From NCBI RefSeq assembly GCF_001194135.2, contig NC_069003.1, positions 30,744,707-30,777,804 on the forward strand: a stretch of 33,098 nt of DNA, in the 5' to 3' direction. Shown here in pieces: positions 11,032 through 24,600 of the stretch. Positions within the stretch are counted from its first letter, which is position 1, and every line of letters begins with the position of its first letter. This stretch comes from Octopus bimaculoides. Taxonomy: Eukaryota. The translations under genes and the position numbers were made by a program. The notes below the pieces were generated by a model. The model had not been told where the DNA came from and did no database searches. It saw only the letters and a list, made by a program, of their open reading frames with translations.

Positions 11032-11535
11032 NNNNNNNNNNNNNNNNNNNNNNNNNNNNNNNNNNNNNNNNNNNNNNNNNNNNNNNNNNNNNNNNNNNNN
11101 NNNNNNNNNNNNNNNNNNNNNNNNNNNNNNNNNNNNNNNNNNNNNNNNNNNNNNNNNNNNNNNNNNNNNNNNNNNNNNNNNNNNNNNNNNNNNNNNNNNN
11201 NNNNNNNNNNNNNNNNNNNNNNNNNNNNNNNNNNNNNNNNNNNNNNNNNNNNNNNNNNNNNNNNNNNNNNNNNNNNNNNNNNNNNNNNNNNNNNNNNNNN
11301 NNNNNNNNNNNNNNNNNNNNNNNNNNNNNNNNNNNNNNNNNNNNNNNNNNNNNNNNNNNNNNNNNNNNNNNNNNNNNNNNNNNNNNNNNNNNNNNNNNNN
11401 NNNNNNNNNNNNNNNNNNNNNNNNNNNNNNNNNNNNNNNNNNNNNNNNNNNNNNNNNNNNNNNNNNNNNNNNNNNNNNNNNNNNNNNNNNNNNNNNNNNN
11501 NNNNNNNNNNNNNNNNNNNNNNNNNNNNNNNNNNN

Positions 11536-11776
11536 GGCGCGTGGCTTAGTGGTTAGGGTGTCAGCATCATGATTGTAAGATTGTCGTTTCGATTCCTGGA
11601 CAGGGCGACACGTGTTCTTGAGCGAAACACTTCATTTCACATTGCTCCAGTTCACTCAGCTGGCAAAAATGAGTAACGCTGAGATGGACTGGCGTCCCGT
11701 CCAGCTGGGGAACACATACACCATAGAAACCGGGAAACTGGGTCCATGAGCCTGGCTAGGCTTTAAAAGGGTGCAT
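11536..11776 (+). mobile_element. tRNA-derived SINE family D, near full length
   Basis: A-box TGGCTTAGTGG at 11542-11552 and B-box-like GTTTCGATTCC at 11586-11596, followed by a non-tRNA body. Confidence 0.85.
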
Positions 11777-11787
11777 TTATTATTTTG

Positions 11788-11822
<35 letters not shown>

Positions 11823-12372
11823 GTGTATTATATATACTGGTTTGCAATTTGTGTCTATAGATCTTTTTTACACACAAATACTCAGACATACACAATAAAA
11901 TGCATACACACAAACACAAACAATCACAGGCAGGCATTTAAATGTCTGTGTGTATATGTGTATATATACATATATGTGTATATAATATGTATGTATGTAG
12001 GTATGTAAGTGTGTATGTCTGTGTTGTATATGGCCGTAATATTTGCAGCTCTTTTCCTCTGTTGACTCCATAAAGAAGAAATGAAAGCTAAGACAGATGT
12101 GGATGATAGAGATGATGTGATGTGAAAAACATACTTATGAATTAATGTGTCTAGTAAAACTGTTGCTCAGTTTACTGGGCCATAGGTCAGTAAACCAGTG
12201 TGTTGTCTATTAGCAAGTGATAGTCTTCCTTGCCACTTTCTGCCAACTTGAATTTGGTGAGAAAAGGTAATCATCTGGAGAGAGCAACAACTAGTAATGT
12301 GTATTCAAGCTAATAAGACATTAAAATCTATATTCATCATTATTTTTTTTTTTGCCTTTATGAGATTATGTA

Positions 12373-12415
<43 letters not shown>

Positions 12416-13644
12416 NNNNNNNNNNNNNNNNNNNNNNNNNNNNNNNNNNNNNNNNNNNNNNNNNNNNNNNNNNNNNNNNNNNNNNNNNNNNNNNNNNNNN
12501 NNNNNNNNNNNNNNNNNNNNNNNNNNNNNNNNNNNNNNNNNNNNNNNNNNNNNNNNNNNNNNNNNNNNNNNNNNNNNNNNNNNNNNNNNNNNNNNNNNNN
12601 NNNNNNNNNNNNNNNNNNNNNNNNNNNNNNNNNNNNNNNNNNNNNNNNNNNNNNNNNNNNNNNNNNNNNNNNNNNNNNNNNNNNNNNNNNNNNNNNNNNN
12701 NNNNNNNNNNNNNNNNNNNNNNNNNNNNNNNNNNNNNNNNNNNNNNNNNNNNNNNNNNNNNNNNNNNNNNNNNNNNNNNNNNNNNNNNNNNNNNNNNNNN
12801 NNNNNNNNNNNNNNNNNNNNNNNNNNNNNNNNNNNNNNNNNNNNNNNNNNNNNNNNNNNNNNNNNNNNNNNNNNNNNNNNNNNNNNNNNNNNNNNNNNNN
12901 NNNNNNNNNTACATGTATGTATGTATGTATATATATATATATATATATATACATACATGTATGTATATATCAAATATATTTTACTATTCATATAAATTAT
13001 GCTTTAAGTACTATATATGATATATAAAATATATATGCACAGATGTGTGTGTGTGTGTATGTGTGTGTGTGTTCTTTAGTTTATCTTAGTCATGCTGGAG
13101 CAGTGTACAAGAGGATACCTCTACACACACACACACACACACACTGGACACTAAACTGATACATCAAGTTCTTATACATGTGAGTTTATATTTTAAATAT
13201 ATACACACACACACACATTTATGTTTAATGTATTTAGGCTGTACACATATCAACGTATTTTCTCTGCTTGCTTTATAATAAACACACACACACACACAAC
13301 ACACATACACATACAGTTTTCTAATATTACTTATCAAATGTGTGTGTGTGTGTGCGGAAGTGTGTCTATGTATGTACAAGAAAAATGAGTGAGAATGATA
13401 ATAAGAAAGCTTCTATACTCTTATAGTGTATGTGTATGTGTGTGTGTGTGTGTGTGTGTGCATGTCTTGTATTTATTTTAACTTTTCACCATGAAATTCT
13501 TGGAAACCTCCCAAAAAGTCTTTGAAAAAAATAACCGGGGGGTGGGGTGGGGGTGAGGGTGGCAAGGTGTGGCGTGGGGGATTTATTAGGCAAAATAGTA
13601 TGCAGTTGATAAAAACAGAAGAGAGAGAGAGACATACACACACA

Positions 13645-13691
<47 letters not shown>

Positions 13692-14078
13692 NNNNNNNNN
13701 NNNNNNNNNNNNNNNNNNNNNNNNNNNNNNNNNNNNNNNNNNNNNNNNNNNNNNNNNNNNNNNNNNNNNNNNNNNNNNNNNNNNNNNNNNNNNNNNNNNN
13801 NNNNNNNNNNNNNNNNNNNNNNNNNNNNNNNNNNNNNNNNNNNNNNNNNNNNNNNNNNNNNNNNNNNNNNNNNNNNNNNNNNNNNNNNNNNNNNNNNNNN
13901 NNNNNNNNNNNNNNNNNNNNNNNNNNNNNNNNNNNNNNNNNNNNNNNNNNNNNNNNNNNNNNNNNNNNNNNNNNNNNNNNNNNNNNNNNNNNNNNNATAT
14001 GTTAAGTAGTACATAACATTCGAGATTGTCAACCTCTATTTTAATGCCAAAAGCTGAAGAGATGATAAATCACAGACT

Positions 14079-14120
<42 letters not shown>

Positions 14121-14248
14121 AGAGAGAGAAAGTAGGTGTTGGAGATTATTTAGAAAAAATTCCAGCATTATCTTCTAATTTAATAAGAAACCTCTTTCAA
14201 AAGACAACTAGCTATCAATCTCTCACTCTCTCAGTTTGTTTGTGTGTG

Positions 14249-14548
14249 CATCATCATCATCATCATCATCATCATCATAATCCTCATCGTTTAACGTCTG
14301 CATTCCATGATGGCATGGGTTGGATGAGTAGACTGAGGACTGGCAAGCCAGGAGACCGCGCCAGGCTCCAATAAGGTTTCTACAGCTGGATGCCTTTCCA
14401 AACGCCAACCACTTCAAGAATGTAGCCGGTGCTTTTTACGTGCCACTCAACAATGGGGCCTGTTAGGCGGTACTGGCATTGACCACATTTGAATGGTGCC
14501 TTTTGCATGCCACTGGCATGGGAGTCAGTCAGGCGCCACTGGCATCAT
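14249..14548 (-). mobile_element. RTE LINE 3' end or RTE-tailed SINE
   Basis: (CAT)n tail plus TTTCTACAGCTGGATGCC...GGTGCTTTTTACGTGCCAC. Confidence 0.8.
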
Positions 14549-14555
14549 GCGTGTG

Positions 14556-14599
<44 letters not shown>

Positions 14600-14624
14600 C
14601 ATACTTATATATTCAACGTCTTCC

Positions 14625-14817
14625 TGGTTGTACCCCTATCACAGGTACCCTCCACAATTAGAGCTCGGGACGTAAGTGCTCAGCTGACCTCATTCATATG
14701 CATCACATGACCAAACCAGTGCAGTCTTCTCTCTCGCACACATCTGATGCCTCTTACACCCAGTTTTCCTCTCAATCATTTACACTCTGTTATGCATGCA
14801 CACTGACATTACGCATC
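14625..14817 (-). mobile_element. RTE LINE ORF2 fragment, inverted relative to the adjoining 3' end
   Basis: Minus strand gives MRNVSVH...KLGVRGIRC..ERRLHWFGHVMHMNE...LIVEGTCDRGTTRKT with frameshifts. This is the RTE C-terminal RRLRWxGHVxRM...VEGxRxRGRPRKTW region. Confidence 0.8.
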
Positions 14818-14821
14818 ATAT

Positions 14822-15105
14822 ATGACAAATGACCGAAAGACCCTTGACAATATGCTGTGCTTGAGAAGAAGACCCATCAAGTGAAGTGAAATTGTAGTCA
14901 TGGTGGATACTGGTGTCACACAACTGGCACCCATGCCGGTGGCACATGAAAGCACCCATTACGCTCTTGGAGCGGTTGGTGTTAGGAAGGGCATCCAGTC
15001 ACAGAAACCATGCCAAATCAGATTGGAGTCTGGTACAGCCCCTCAGATTACCAGCCCTAGTCAAACCGTCCAACCCATGCCAGCATGGACAACAGACATT
15101 AAAAG
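14822..15105 (+). mobile_element. RTE LINE ORF2 end plus 3' UTR
   Basis: MTNDR..QYAVLEKKTHQVK* followed by the shared 3' UTR (GTTAGGAAGGGCATCCAG...CCAACCCATGCCAGCATGG). Confidence 0.75.
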
Positions 15106-15239
15106 AAGGGGGAAGTGGATGAAGGGTAAGGAGAAAGGCTAGAATAGAAGTGACCAGCGGCTAGTTCATCTTTTTTCTTCCTTTCTTAGACTGGTCCCTG
15201 AGTTGATCAGTTGCAAATTCTCTCACCCCGTCACCGATA

Positions 15240-15330
15240 CAATAAGTCCAGGGGTTAATTCCTTTGACTAAAAGGCAATGCTCCAGCATAGCCACAGCCA
15301 AATGACGGGAACAAGGAAAATAATAAAAGA
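15240..15330 (+). mobile_element. SINE family A, 3' tail fragment
   Basis: AATAAGTCCAGGGGT...TGCTCCAGCATAGCCACAGCCAAATGAC. Confidence 0.6.
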
Positions 15331-15669
15331 ATATATGTATATATATATATATGTATATATATATAAAATATTGGTTTGTATGATGTCTGGCAAATGCCAA
15401 AGCTAAGAACTTTAATAAGTCATGGCGTAATGAGTTATGCCATTGCAGAAGAAAAAAAAAACAAATAACATTGTTGTAATGATGATGATGATGGTGATGA
15501 TGATGGTGTTGATGATGATAAGGATCTGTTAGCAGAGGAGGAGGGGAGGCCGAGGGTTCGGGGTTATAGTGGGAGGTAAAAAAAAAATGATTTCCACCAA
15601 GGAAACCTAACTAGGAAAGAAAGTTTATTTACATTTTGCAACTTTGCAGAGACACTTAGGTCAAGATCT

Positions 15670-15717
<48 letters not shown>

Positions 15718-16899
15718 AACTATACATCCCACCACATGACACACATATACATACACACATGAGTATGTATGTACACACACACACACACACATGTACATAT
15801 GTATACATATGTGTATTCATGTATGAAAATATGCACATTCACATATTTACACATACATATATAAGTATAAACATATATACTTATTTCCACATGTATACAT
15901 AAACTATATATGTATACGCACACATATATCAATACGCTCGCGCACATAAATATATAAACACCTGCATATATACATATCTGTGTGTATGTACACATGCATT
16001 TATATATGTATACATATATAGATATGTACGTATGTATGTACCTATAGATGTGTATACATACATGCACACATATATATGAGTGTATATAATGGCTTCTGTC
16101 TTCATTCAGTTGATGAATCTGATTCTAATGTAAACCAAAAGTGGACTGTCAGCAAAGCTTCAAAAATGAGAGAAAGCAGAAACCAGCAGAATTCAAAAGG
16201 TCGCAACTGCAGTGGTAAATCTTGTCGCTTTCTGATGCATTTTCAAACTGCACAATGGCACATGGTAAATAACCAGAATTATTGAGTAAAATAAAATAGA
16301 TACAGAAATATTGCTATGTCAAAATATCAAGGAAATAAAAGAAAAATTAAGACATCAAAAAAAAAAAAAATAATAATAAAAAAATGAAAAGTTCAGACAG
16401 GAAGAAAAAAGTGCAATGCGAAAGCACAACCTATTAGCAGGGTCATAAATTAATAAAATTAGATAAAAAAAAAATATATATTGATATTAATAATAAATAA
16501 AAATAAAGAAAGGAGAAAAACCACTGACTTTTGTTTGTTGTTGGTTTGTTTTGTTTTTGTGTTTTTAAACCATCTCTGAAAATGTTTCCATTTACGATTA
16601 CATAACTGTTCATCTTGAATGTTTTTCACTTTCTGTGTCTGCCTTCATCACATCAACCTCCGTAAAACCAACACGTACAGATATACACAGACACACACAT
16701 ATACATGCCCCTCACCCCCCTACACACACATACACAAACACACAGCTTGTCTCAGAAGATTTTTCAAAGTGCAAAGAGATAGTCCAGATGAAAGAAATAA
16801 TGGTGCTTCTAATAGATGCTGAATCAAATATGAATCTTTCAAGATAATCAGCTGTCAGAATGGACAGGTTTACCACCAGCATTATTATTATTATTATTA

Positions 16900-16970
<71 letters not shown>

Positions 16971-16976
16971 TTTATT

Positions 16977-17406
16977 GAGGTGGTGAGCTGGCAGAATTGT
17001 TAGCATGCCAGACAAAATGCTACTAAACATTTTGCCCATCTTTAACCTTCTGAGTTCAAATTCTGCTAAGATTGACTGCCTTTCATTCTTTTGGGGTTGA
17101 TAAATTAAGTACCAGCTGAGCATTGGGGTTGATGTAATTGATCTAACCCATACCCCCAAAATTTCAGGCCTTGTGCCTATAACAGAAAGGATTATTATTA
17201 TTATCAAGGCAGCAAGCTGGCAGAATGGTTAGCATGCTGGGCAAAATGCTTTATGTCCTGAGTTCAAATTCTCCCAAGGTCAACTTTGCCTTTCATCCTT
17301 TTGGGGTCAATGAAATAAGTACCAGTTACACACTGGAGTCGATGTAATCAACTTATCTCCTCCCCCAAAATTTCGGGCCTTGTGCCTATAGTAGAAACGA
17401 TTATTA

Positions 17407-17438
<32 letters not shown>
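16977..17438 (+). mobile_element. Two tandem SINE family B copies (16977-17190, 17206-17400) separated and flanked by (TTA)n
   Basis: Two head-to-tail bodies, each ending GGCCTTGTGCCTATA..AGAAA.GATTATT. Confidence 0.88.
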
Positions 17439-17608
17439 TTATGTTTGACTTTTGTTTTGCATTTGTACAAGTTGGATCCAAGTCTCACCCAGAGACCTCA
17501 AGAGACAACAAGTTAGAAGTTCATGTAGGTGTTATGCCTAGGGTACCATATATTTGGATTTGTACAGTTTTGTTCAAGTGAATGTTTAAGAAACCATAAG
17601 AAAATTAT

Positions 17609-17610
<2 letters not shown>
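17439..17610 (-). mobile_element. Short interspersed element inside a (TAA)n tract, probable R4/Dong-type 3' end
   Basis: The 22 bp GTCTCACCCAGAGACCTCAAGA at 17482-17503 is identical to 32253-32274. (TTA)n lies on both sides. The family assignment is inference. Confidence 0.5.
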
Positions 17611-17651
<41 letters not shown>

Positions 17652-17933
17652 GNNNNNNNNNNNNNNNNNNNNNNNNNNNNNNNNNNNNNNNNNNNNNNNN
17701 NNNNNNNNNNNNNNNNNNNNNNNNNNNNNNNNNNNNNNNNNNNNNNNNNNNNNNNNNNNNNNNNNNNNNNNNNNNNNNNNNNNNNNNNNNNNNNNNNNNN
17801 NNNNNNNNNNNNNNNNNNNNNNNNNNNNNNNNNNNNNNNNNNNNNNNNNNNNNNNNNNNNNNNNNNNNNNNNNNNNNNNNNNNNNNNNNNNNNNNNNNNN
17901 NNNNNNNNNNNNNNNNNNNNNNNNNNNNNNNNN

Positions 17934-17968
<35 letters not shown>

Positions 17969-18007
17969 GGCATCTAGGAGGAAAAAAATGATACAATCAG
18001 TAGCTTA

Positions 18008-18452
<445 letters not shown>

Positions 18453-18511
18453 TCAGGTAAAATTTCTCTTTCATTTTCCTTTTGCTTATTTTCTTAAATA
18501 CATCTACATAA

Positions 18512-18727
18512 AGGCATGTGGCTTAGTGGGTAGGATATTTGACTCATGATTGTAAGGTCATGAGTTCGATATATGGCGTTGCATTGCGACCTTGAGCAAG
18601 ACACTTTATATCATCCCCAATTAGAAATAAGTGAAAGTTGGTGACAGGAAGAGCATCCAGTCGTAGAAAATCTGCTTCAACAAATTTCATCCAACCCATG
18701 CAAGCATGGAAAAGTGGATGTTAAAAC
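18512..18727 (+). mobile_element. SINE with family D-type tRNA head and RTE-type tail
   Basis: TGGCTTAGTGG A-box, GAGTTCGAT B-box, CCTTGAGCAAGACACTTT, then GGAAGAGCATCCAG...CCAACCCATGCAAGCATGGAAAAGTGGATGTTAAA. Confidence 0.7.
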
Positions 18728-19070
18728 CATGGTGAGGATTAAGTTCTAAGATGGTAAGATGGGATTCGAGTGACATTTAGCTGTTATTTCTAGCATGTTG
18801 GGAGACCTCCTCTCTCCTTTGCCATCGAAGTTCCTCTCATTGACTCAAGAACGAATACATTGATTGCAAATGGTTTACTCTCATCTGGCCTTGCCCACCA
18901 GCCTAGCCTGGAGTCTAAACAACAACAACAACGCCAATGATAGCAAAACCAATAACAAGTCTTAAAGAAATTTCATATTTAGCTGTAAGACATCTCGTGA
19001 AAGTTTTCCCTTCATCATTTTGACACTTTATTCAGTTGTCACAAATATTTGACATTAATCATATACATAC

Positions 19071-19119
<49 letters not shown>

Positions 19120-20118
19120 TAAAGTATGTGTATATATATGTATGTGTATATATATATGTATTTGTGTGTGTATGTATATATATATATATATACCGGAGTA
19201 AGCACATTTNNNNNNNNNNNNNNNNNNNNNNNNNNNNNNNNNNNNNNNNNNNNNNNNNNNNNNNNNNNNNNNNNNNNNNNNNNNNNNNNNNNNNNNNNNN
19301 NNNNNNNNNNNNNNNNNNNNNNNNNNNNNNNNNNNNNNNNNNNNNNNNNNNNNNNNNNNNNNNNNNNNNNNNNNNNNNNNNNNNNNNNNNNNNNNNNNNN
19401 NNNNNNNNNNNNNNNNNNNNNNNNNNNNNNNNNNNNNNNNNNNNNNNNNNNNNNNNNNNNNNNNNNNNNNNNNNNNNNNNNNNNNNNNNNNNNNNNNNNN
19501 NNNNNNNNNNNNNNNNNNNNNNNNNNNNNNNNNNNNNNNNNNNNNNNNNNNNNNNNNNNNNNNNNNNNNNNNNNNNNNNNNNNNNNNNNNNNNNNNNNNN
19601 NNNNNNNNNNNNNNNNNNNNNNNNNNNNNNNNNNNNNNNNNNNNNNNNNNNNNNNNNNNNNNNNNNNNNNNNNNNNNNNNNNNNNNNNNNNNNNNNNNNN
19701 NNNNNNNNNNNNNNNNNNNNNNNNNNNNNNNNNNNNNNNNNNNNNNNNNNNNNNNNNNNNNNNNNNNNNNNNNNNNNNNNNNNNNNNNNNNNNNNNNNNN
19801 NNNNNNNNNNNNNNNNNNNNNNNNNNNNNNNNNNNNNNNNNNNNNNNNNNNNNNNNNNNNNNNNNNNNNNNNNNNNNNNNNNNNNNNNNNNNNNNNNNNN
19901 NNNNNNNNNNNNNNNNNNNNNNNNNNNNNNNNNNNNNNNNNNNNNNNNNNNNNNNNNNNNNNNNNNNNNNNNNNNNNNNNNNNNNNNNNNNNNNNNNNNN
20001 NNNNNNNNNNNNNNNNNNNNNNNNNNNNNNNNNNNNNNNNNNNNNNNNNNNNNNNNNNNNNNNNNNNNNNNNNNNNNNNNNNNNNNNNNNNNNNNNNNNN
20101 NNNNNNNNNNNNNNNNNN

Positions 20119-20173
<55 letters not shown>

Positions 20174-20395
20174 TATGCATGTATATATGCATGTATATAT
20201 GTGTGTGTGTGTATGTACATAAAAACTATTCAAATAACGACAGAGAAGTAACAGAAGCAACAATGAAAATACTTGAATCTTGTTTGTTTATATATTTCAT
20301 TATTATTGAAAGATGAGGTGTTTGCAGAAAAAACAAAATAGTAATGATGATGATGATTATGATGATGATGATGATGATGATGATAACAATAATAA

Positions 20396-20700
20396 TAATG
20401 ATGGTTTCAAATTTCGGCACACGGTCAGTGATTTTGGAAGGGGGGGGGCAGTGATTGATTGTATTGACTCCAATATTCGACTGGTAGTTATTTTATTGGT
20501 CTCGAAGGGATGAAAGGCAATGGTGACCTCGGCGGGATTTGAACTCAGAATGTAAAGACAGAATGATAATAATAATAATTTTGATAATAAAAATGGCTTC
20601 AAATTTTGCCCCATAACAACAATTTCGGGAGAGGAGATAAATCGTTTACATCGACCCAAGTGTTTCCCTTTTTATTGACCCCGAAAGGGGTAAAGTCCAT
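20396..20700 (-). mobile_element. Two tandem SINE family B fragments in (AAT)/(GAT)n context
   Basis: ATGG[T/C]TTCAAATTT starts at about 20401 and 20594; GGATTTGAACTCAGAATGTAAAGAC. Confidence 0.75.
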
Positions 20701-23286
20701 AACCCATGTGTTAGAAAAGTTGAACAATGAAAGTGCTCACACACACAATACGCAATCTTCATTCCAAAAGGTTTATGTCATTCTGTTTCCGCAAAATTTT
20801 TCTTTAAACATTGTGACTGCTTTGAGTATTTTTTCCCCAAAACATTTAAACACACACACACATGCATATGTATATACATATATATATAAAGTAGTTGTAT
20901 ACTGCCAACTTAACGTGACAGTCCCAATAAGGGAATATACTACTGTTGTTTAGCCCTAGGAAGCCAGACCGCTTCCTATTAGGCCTTGACACACTTTCTG
21001 TGCCCTTCAGGCTGATGACGAGCAAAGACTCAGAAACATGTCCCTGAATGCAGGCTGGGCTGGTTGGAGGAGTTTGTCTCCCCTTTNNNNNNNNNNNNNN
21101 NNNNNNNNNNNNNNNNNNNNNNNNNNNNNNNNNNNNNNNNNNNNNNNNNNNNNNNNNNNNNNNNNNNNNNNNNNNNNNNNNNNNNNNNNNNNNNNNNNNN
21201 NNNNNNNNNNNNNNNNNNNNNNNNNNNNNNNNNNNNNNNNNNNNNNNNNNNNNNNNNNNNNNNNNNNNNNNNNNNNNNNNNNNNNNNNNNNNNNNNNNNN
21301 NNNNNNNNNNNNNNNNNNNNNNNNNNNNNNNNNNNNNNNNNNNNNNNNNNNNNNNNNNNNNNNNNNNNNNNNNNNNNNNNNNNNNNNNNNNNNNNNNNNN
21401 NNNNNNNNNNNNNNNNNNNNNNNNNNNNNNNNNNNNNNNNNNNNNNNNNNNNNNNNNNNNNNNNNNNNNNNNNNNNNNNNNNNNNNNNNNNNNNNNNNNN
21501 NNNNNNNNNNNNNNNTATATATATATATATATATATATTCACTAACACACACTCATATATATATATATATATAAATACACATATATATACTCATATATAC
21601 ATATGCAAATACATACATGCATACCGTACAATATACAATATACACGAAGGATTTTAAAAAATAAGAATCACTTATCAATGATATTTTGTCAGCAAAGTGA
21701 GTATGTGTATGTATCTGTATATGCACATGTGTATGTGTATATGCATGTGTTTGTGTATGTGTAGTTGGAGAAACATTAAAAAAAAAAAACTTTAGTTCAA
21801 TCCCAGCTGACAACTAAGATGTTATTTCATTCATCTTTTTGCACAGATCATTAATAGAGGAGCGAGGAAATTCGGTAAAAATTCTAGCATTAAGTAAAAG
21901 ACTTGGATCTTGTATTTACAGACAGAACTTGGCACTCTTAATGTTTGTTTAGAAATTGTTTTAGCTTTCTTCGTGTTTATTTTTGCCCAGCTTGATAAAT
22001 GGAATGGCTGGTTCACTTAGCTTCTAGGAAACCTAAGAAATGGACTGACTCTGCTGTCTCCGCAACCGCAAGGAGAGACAGAGAGAGAGGAAAAGAAAGA
22101 GGGGGGGGAGAGAAAGAAAGGGAGGGAGAAGGAGAGAGAGAGAGAAAGGGGGGGGAGAAGGAGAGAGAGAGGGATTGTGTGCATGAGTGTGTGTGTATGA
22201 GTATTTATATAATATAAATGCATATATATGTGTGTATATATGTATATATATGTGTGTATGTGTGTGTGTGTTTATATATGTATGCATGCATGTATGTNNN
22301 NNNNNNNNNNNNNNNNNNNNNNNNNNNNNNNNNNNNNNNNNNNNNNNNNNNNNNNNNNNNNNNNNNNNNNNNNNNNNNNNNNNNNNNNNNNNNNNNNNNN
22401 NNNNNNNNNNNNNNNNNNNNNNNNNNNNNNNNNNNNNNNNNNNNNNNNNNNNNNNNNNNNNNNNNNNNNNNNNNNNNNNNNNNNNNNNNNNNNNNNNNNN
22501 NNNNNNNNNNNNNNNNNNNNNNNNNNNNNNNNNNNNNNNNNNNNNNNNNNNNNNNNNNNNNNNNNNNNNNNNNNNNNNNNNNNNNNNNNNNNNNNNNNNN
22601 NNNNNNNNNNNNNNNNNNNNNNNNATATATATATATATATATACACACATCATCTGAAGTGTACAGTATATACATATAAATATGTGTGTGTATGTATATA
22701 AAATTATGCATTTAAATCTATATATGTGTGTATTGATATGAATATATGTATAACCCTATATTTATACATACATTTATGTGTGTCTATATATATATGTATA
22801 CAAATATGAATACATACATATACACACATTCTCAAACATGCATGATCTATAGAATTTAAAGAGACTAATGGTGGCCTGCTTTAGCAACGGGAATTTGAGT
22901 AAAAAAGCAAAAATATAATTTACTGAGAGCAAAACTAAAGAATGAATGATATGGCCCCAATATGGTAAATATTTTGTCTAGCCATGGTGCTATAACATAA
23001 TTCAGTATTTGATTTTAATGTACATGTGTACATACACACATGAATGCATGTGTGCACACACACACATGCACACACTCACAGACATATGCATTGCAAGTGC
23101 AAGCATACATATCTATATCTAGTTATCCGTCTGTCCACCCATCCATCTATTTAGGCCCAGATGGTGGAGGCGCAACAGGGCAACAAAGCCACCATTCGGT
23201 CTCTGGTAAGATGAACAGGGGCGTGAATTACTTGAGCCAAGTAAAATGTGTGAGGCCTTTCAACATATATATATATATATATATAC

Positions 23287-23603
23287 GATGGGCTTCTTTC
23301 AGTTTCTGTCTCACAAGGCTTTGGCCAGCCTGAGTCAATAGAAGAAGACACTTGCCCAAGGTGCCACACAGTGGGACTGAACTCAGAACCATGTGGTTGG
23401 TAAGCAAGCTTCTTACCACACAGCCATGCCTGCATATATATGATGGGCTTCTTTCTGTTTCCGTGTATCATATCCACTCACAAGGCTTTGGTCAGCCTGC
23501 AGCAATAGTATAATAAACACTTGCCCAGAGTGTCATATCGTGGGACTGAACCCAGTACCATGTGACTGGTGGGAGGCAAACTTCATGCCACACAGCTATG
23601 CCA
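23287..23603 (-). mobile_element. Two tandem 5' halves of SINE family A
   Basis: GATGGGCTTCTTT...ACACTTGCCCA...GTGGGACTGAAC...ACACAGC occurs twice (about 23287-23432 and 23441-23603). Confidence 0.82.
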
Positions 23604-23872
23604 TGTCAAAAACAATTTTCTTTCTTCAATTTTTTTTTTTTGTGTATGTGTGTGAGTAGCAGGTGGGGGTTGGGGTTGGACTAAAACCTTGCAAATTATC
23701 TGAATGCTTTGCCTCCACTTGAAATGAGCTGTATTTTCCACTCTCTGACAAGGGCATGCTTCATAATTTAGTACTAATTCACAACGGTATATAACACTGT
23801 ACCGGGGCCCTAAAGTATATATTAGTCATCAGAGACAAACAAGCATTATGCTTATCACTATTGACACATATG

Positions 23873-23903
<31 letters not shown>

Positions 23904-24099
23904 ACTGATGTACAGATGGAGATTCATAAATACATGGTTCTCTCTCCGTCGTAGTTTCCAGCTTCACCAAGTGAAAAAAGTCCTTTTTTGTTTTCTTTCC
24001 TTCACTTCACAATCCATTTAGAGAAAATACAGGAAGAGCAACAAACAGACAGACAGAGAAAGATACACACAAATAGACACACAGACACACACACACACA

Positions 24100-24193
24100 C
24101 ATGTATGTATATGTGTGTATATATATGTATGTATATATATTTGTGTGTGTGTGTGTATATGTATATATATATATGTGTGCGTGTATGTATATG

Positions 24194-24226
<33 letters not shown>

Positions 24227-24419
24227 ATGTTTGTGTGTGTATATATGTATGTATATATGCATGTATGCATGTATATGTGTGTGTGTGTGTATATATATAT
24301 ATATGTGTGTGTATGTATATGTATATATATATATATATGTATGTATGTATATGTTTGTGTGTGTATATATGTATGTATATATATATATATGTATGTATAT
24401 ATGCATGTATGTATGTATA

Positions 24420-24450
<31 letters not shown>

Positions 24451-24600
24451 GTGTGTGTATGTGTGCAGACAGAAAGCTAGATAGATATAAATAGATATAG
24501 TTATAGATTTTTATATAGATACACATACACACACATATATATGTATGTGTGTATGTGTGTGTATGTATATGTGTGTATATAAATACACACACAAGCACAC
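24100..24600. repeat. Compound (AT)/(GT)/(ATGT) microsatellite with an internal higher-order duplication
   Basis: The block containing ATGTTTGTGTGTGTATATATGTATGT...ATGCATGTATG occurs twice (about 24181-24307 and 24308-24462). Confidence 0.85.

Noticed and set aside
11536-11610. tRNA gene
   Set aside because: It has A and B boxes, but I could not form a full cloverleaf, and it continues into a body shared with other copies. It is a SINE head. The same applies to 25872, 25902 and 18512.
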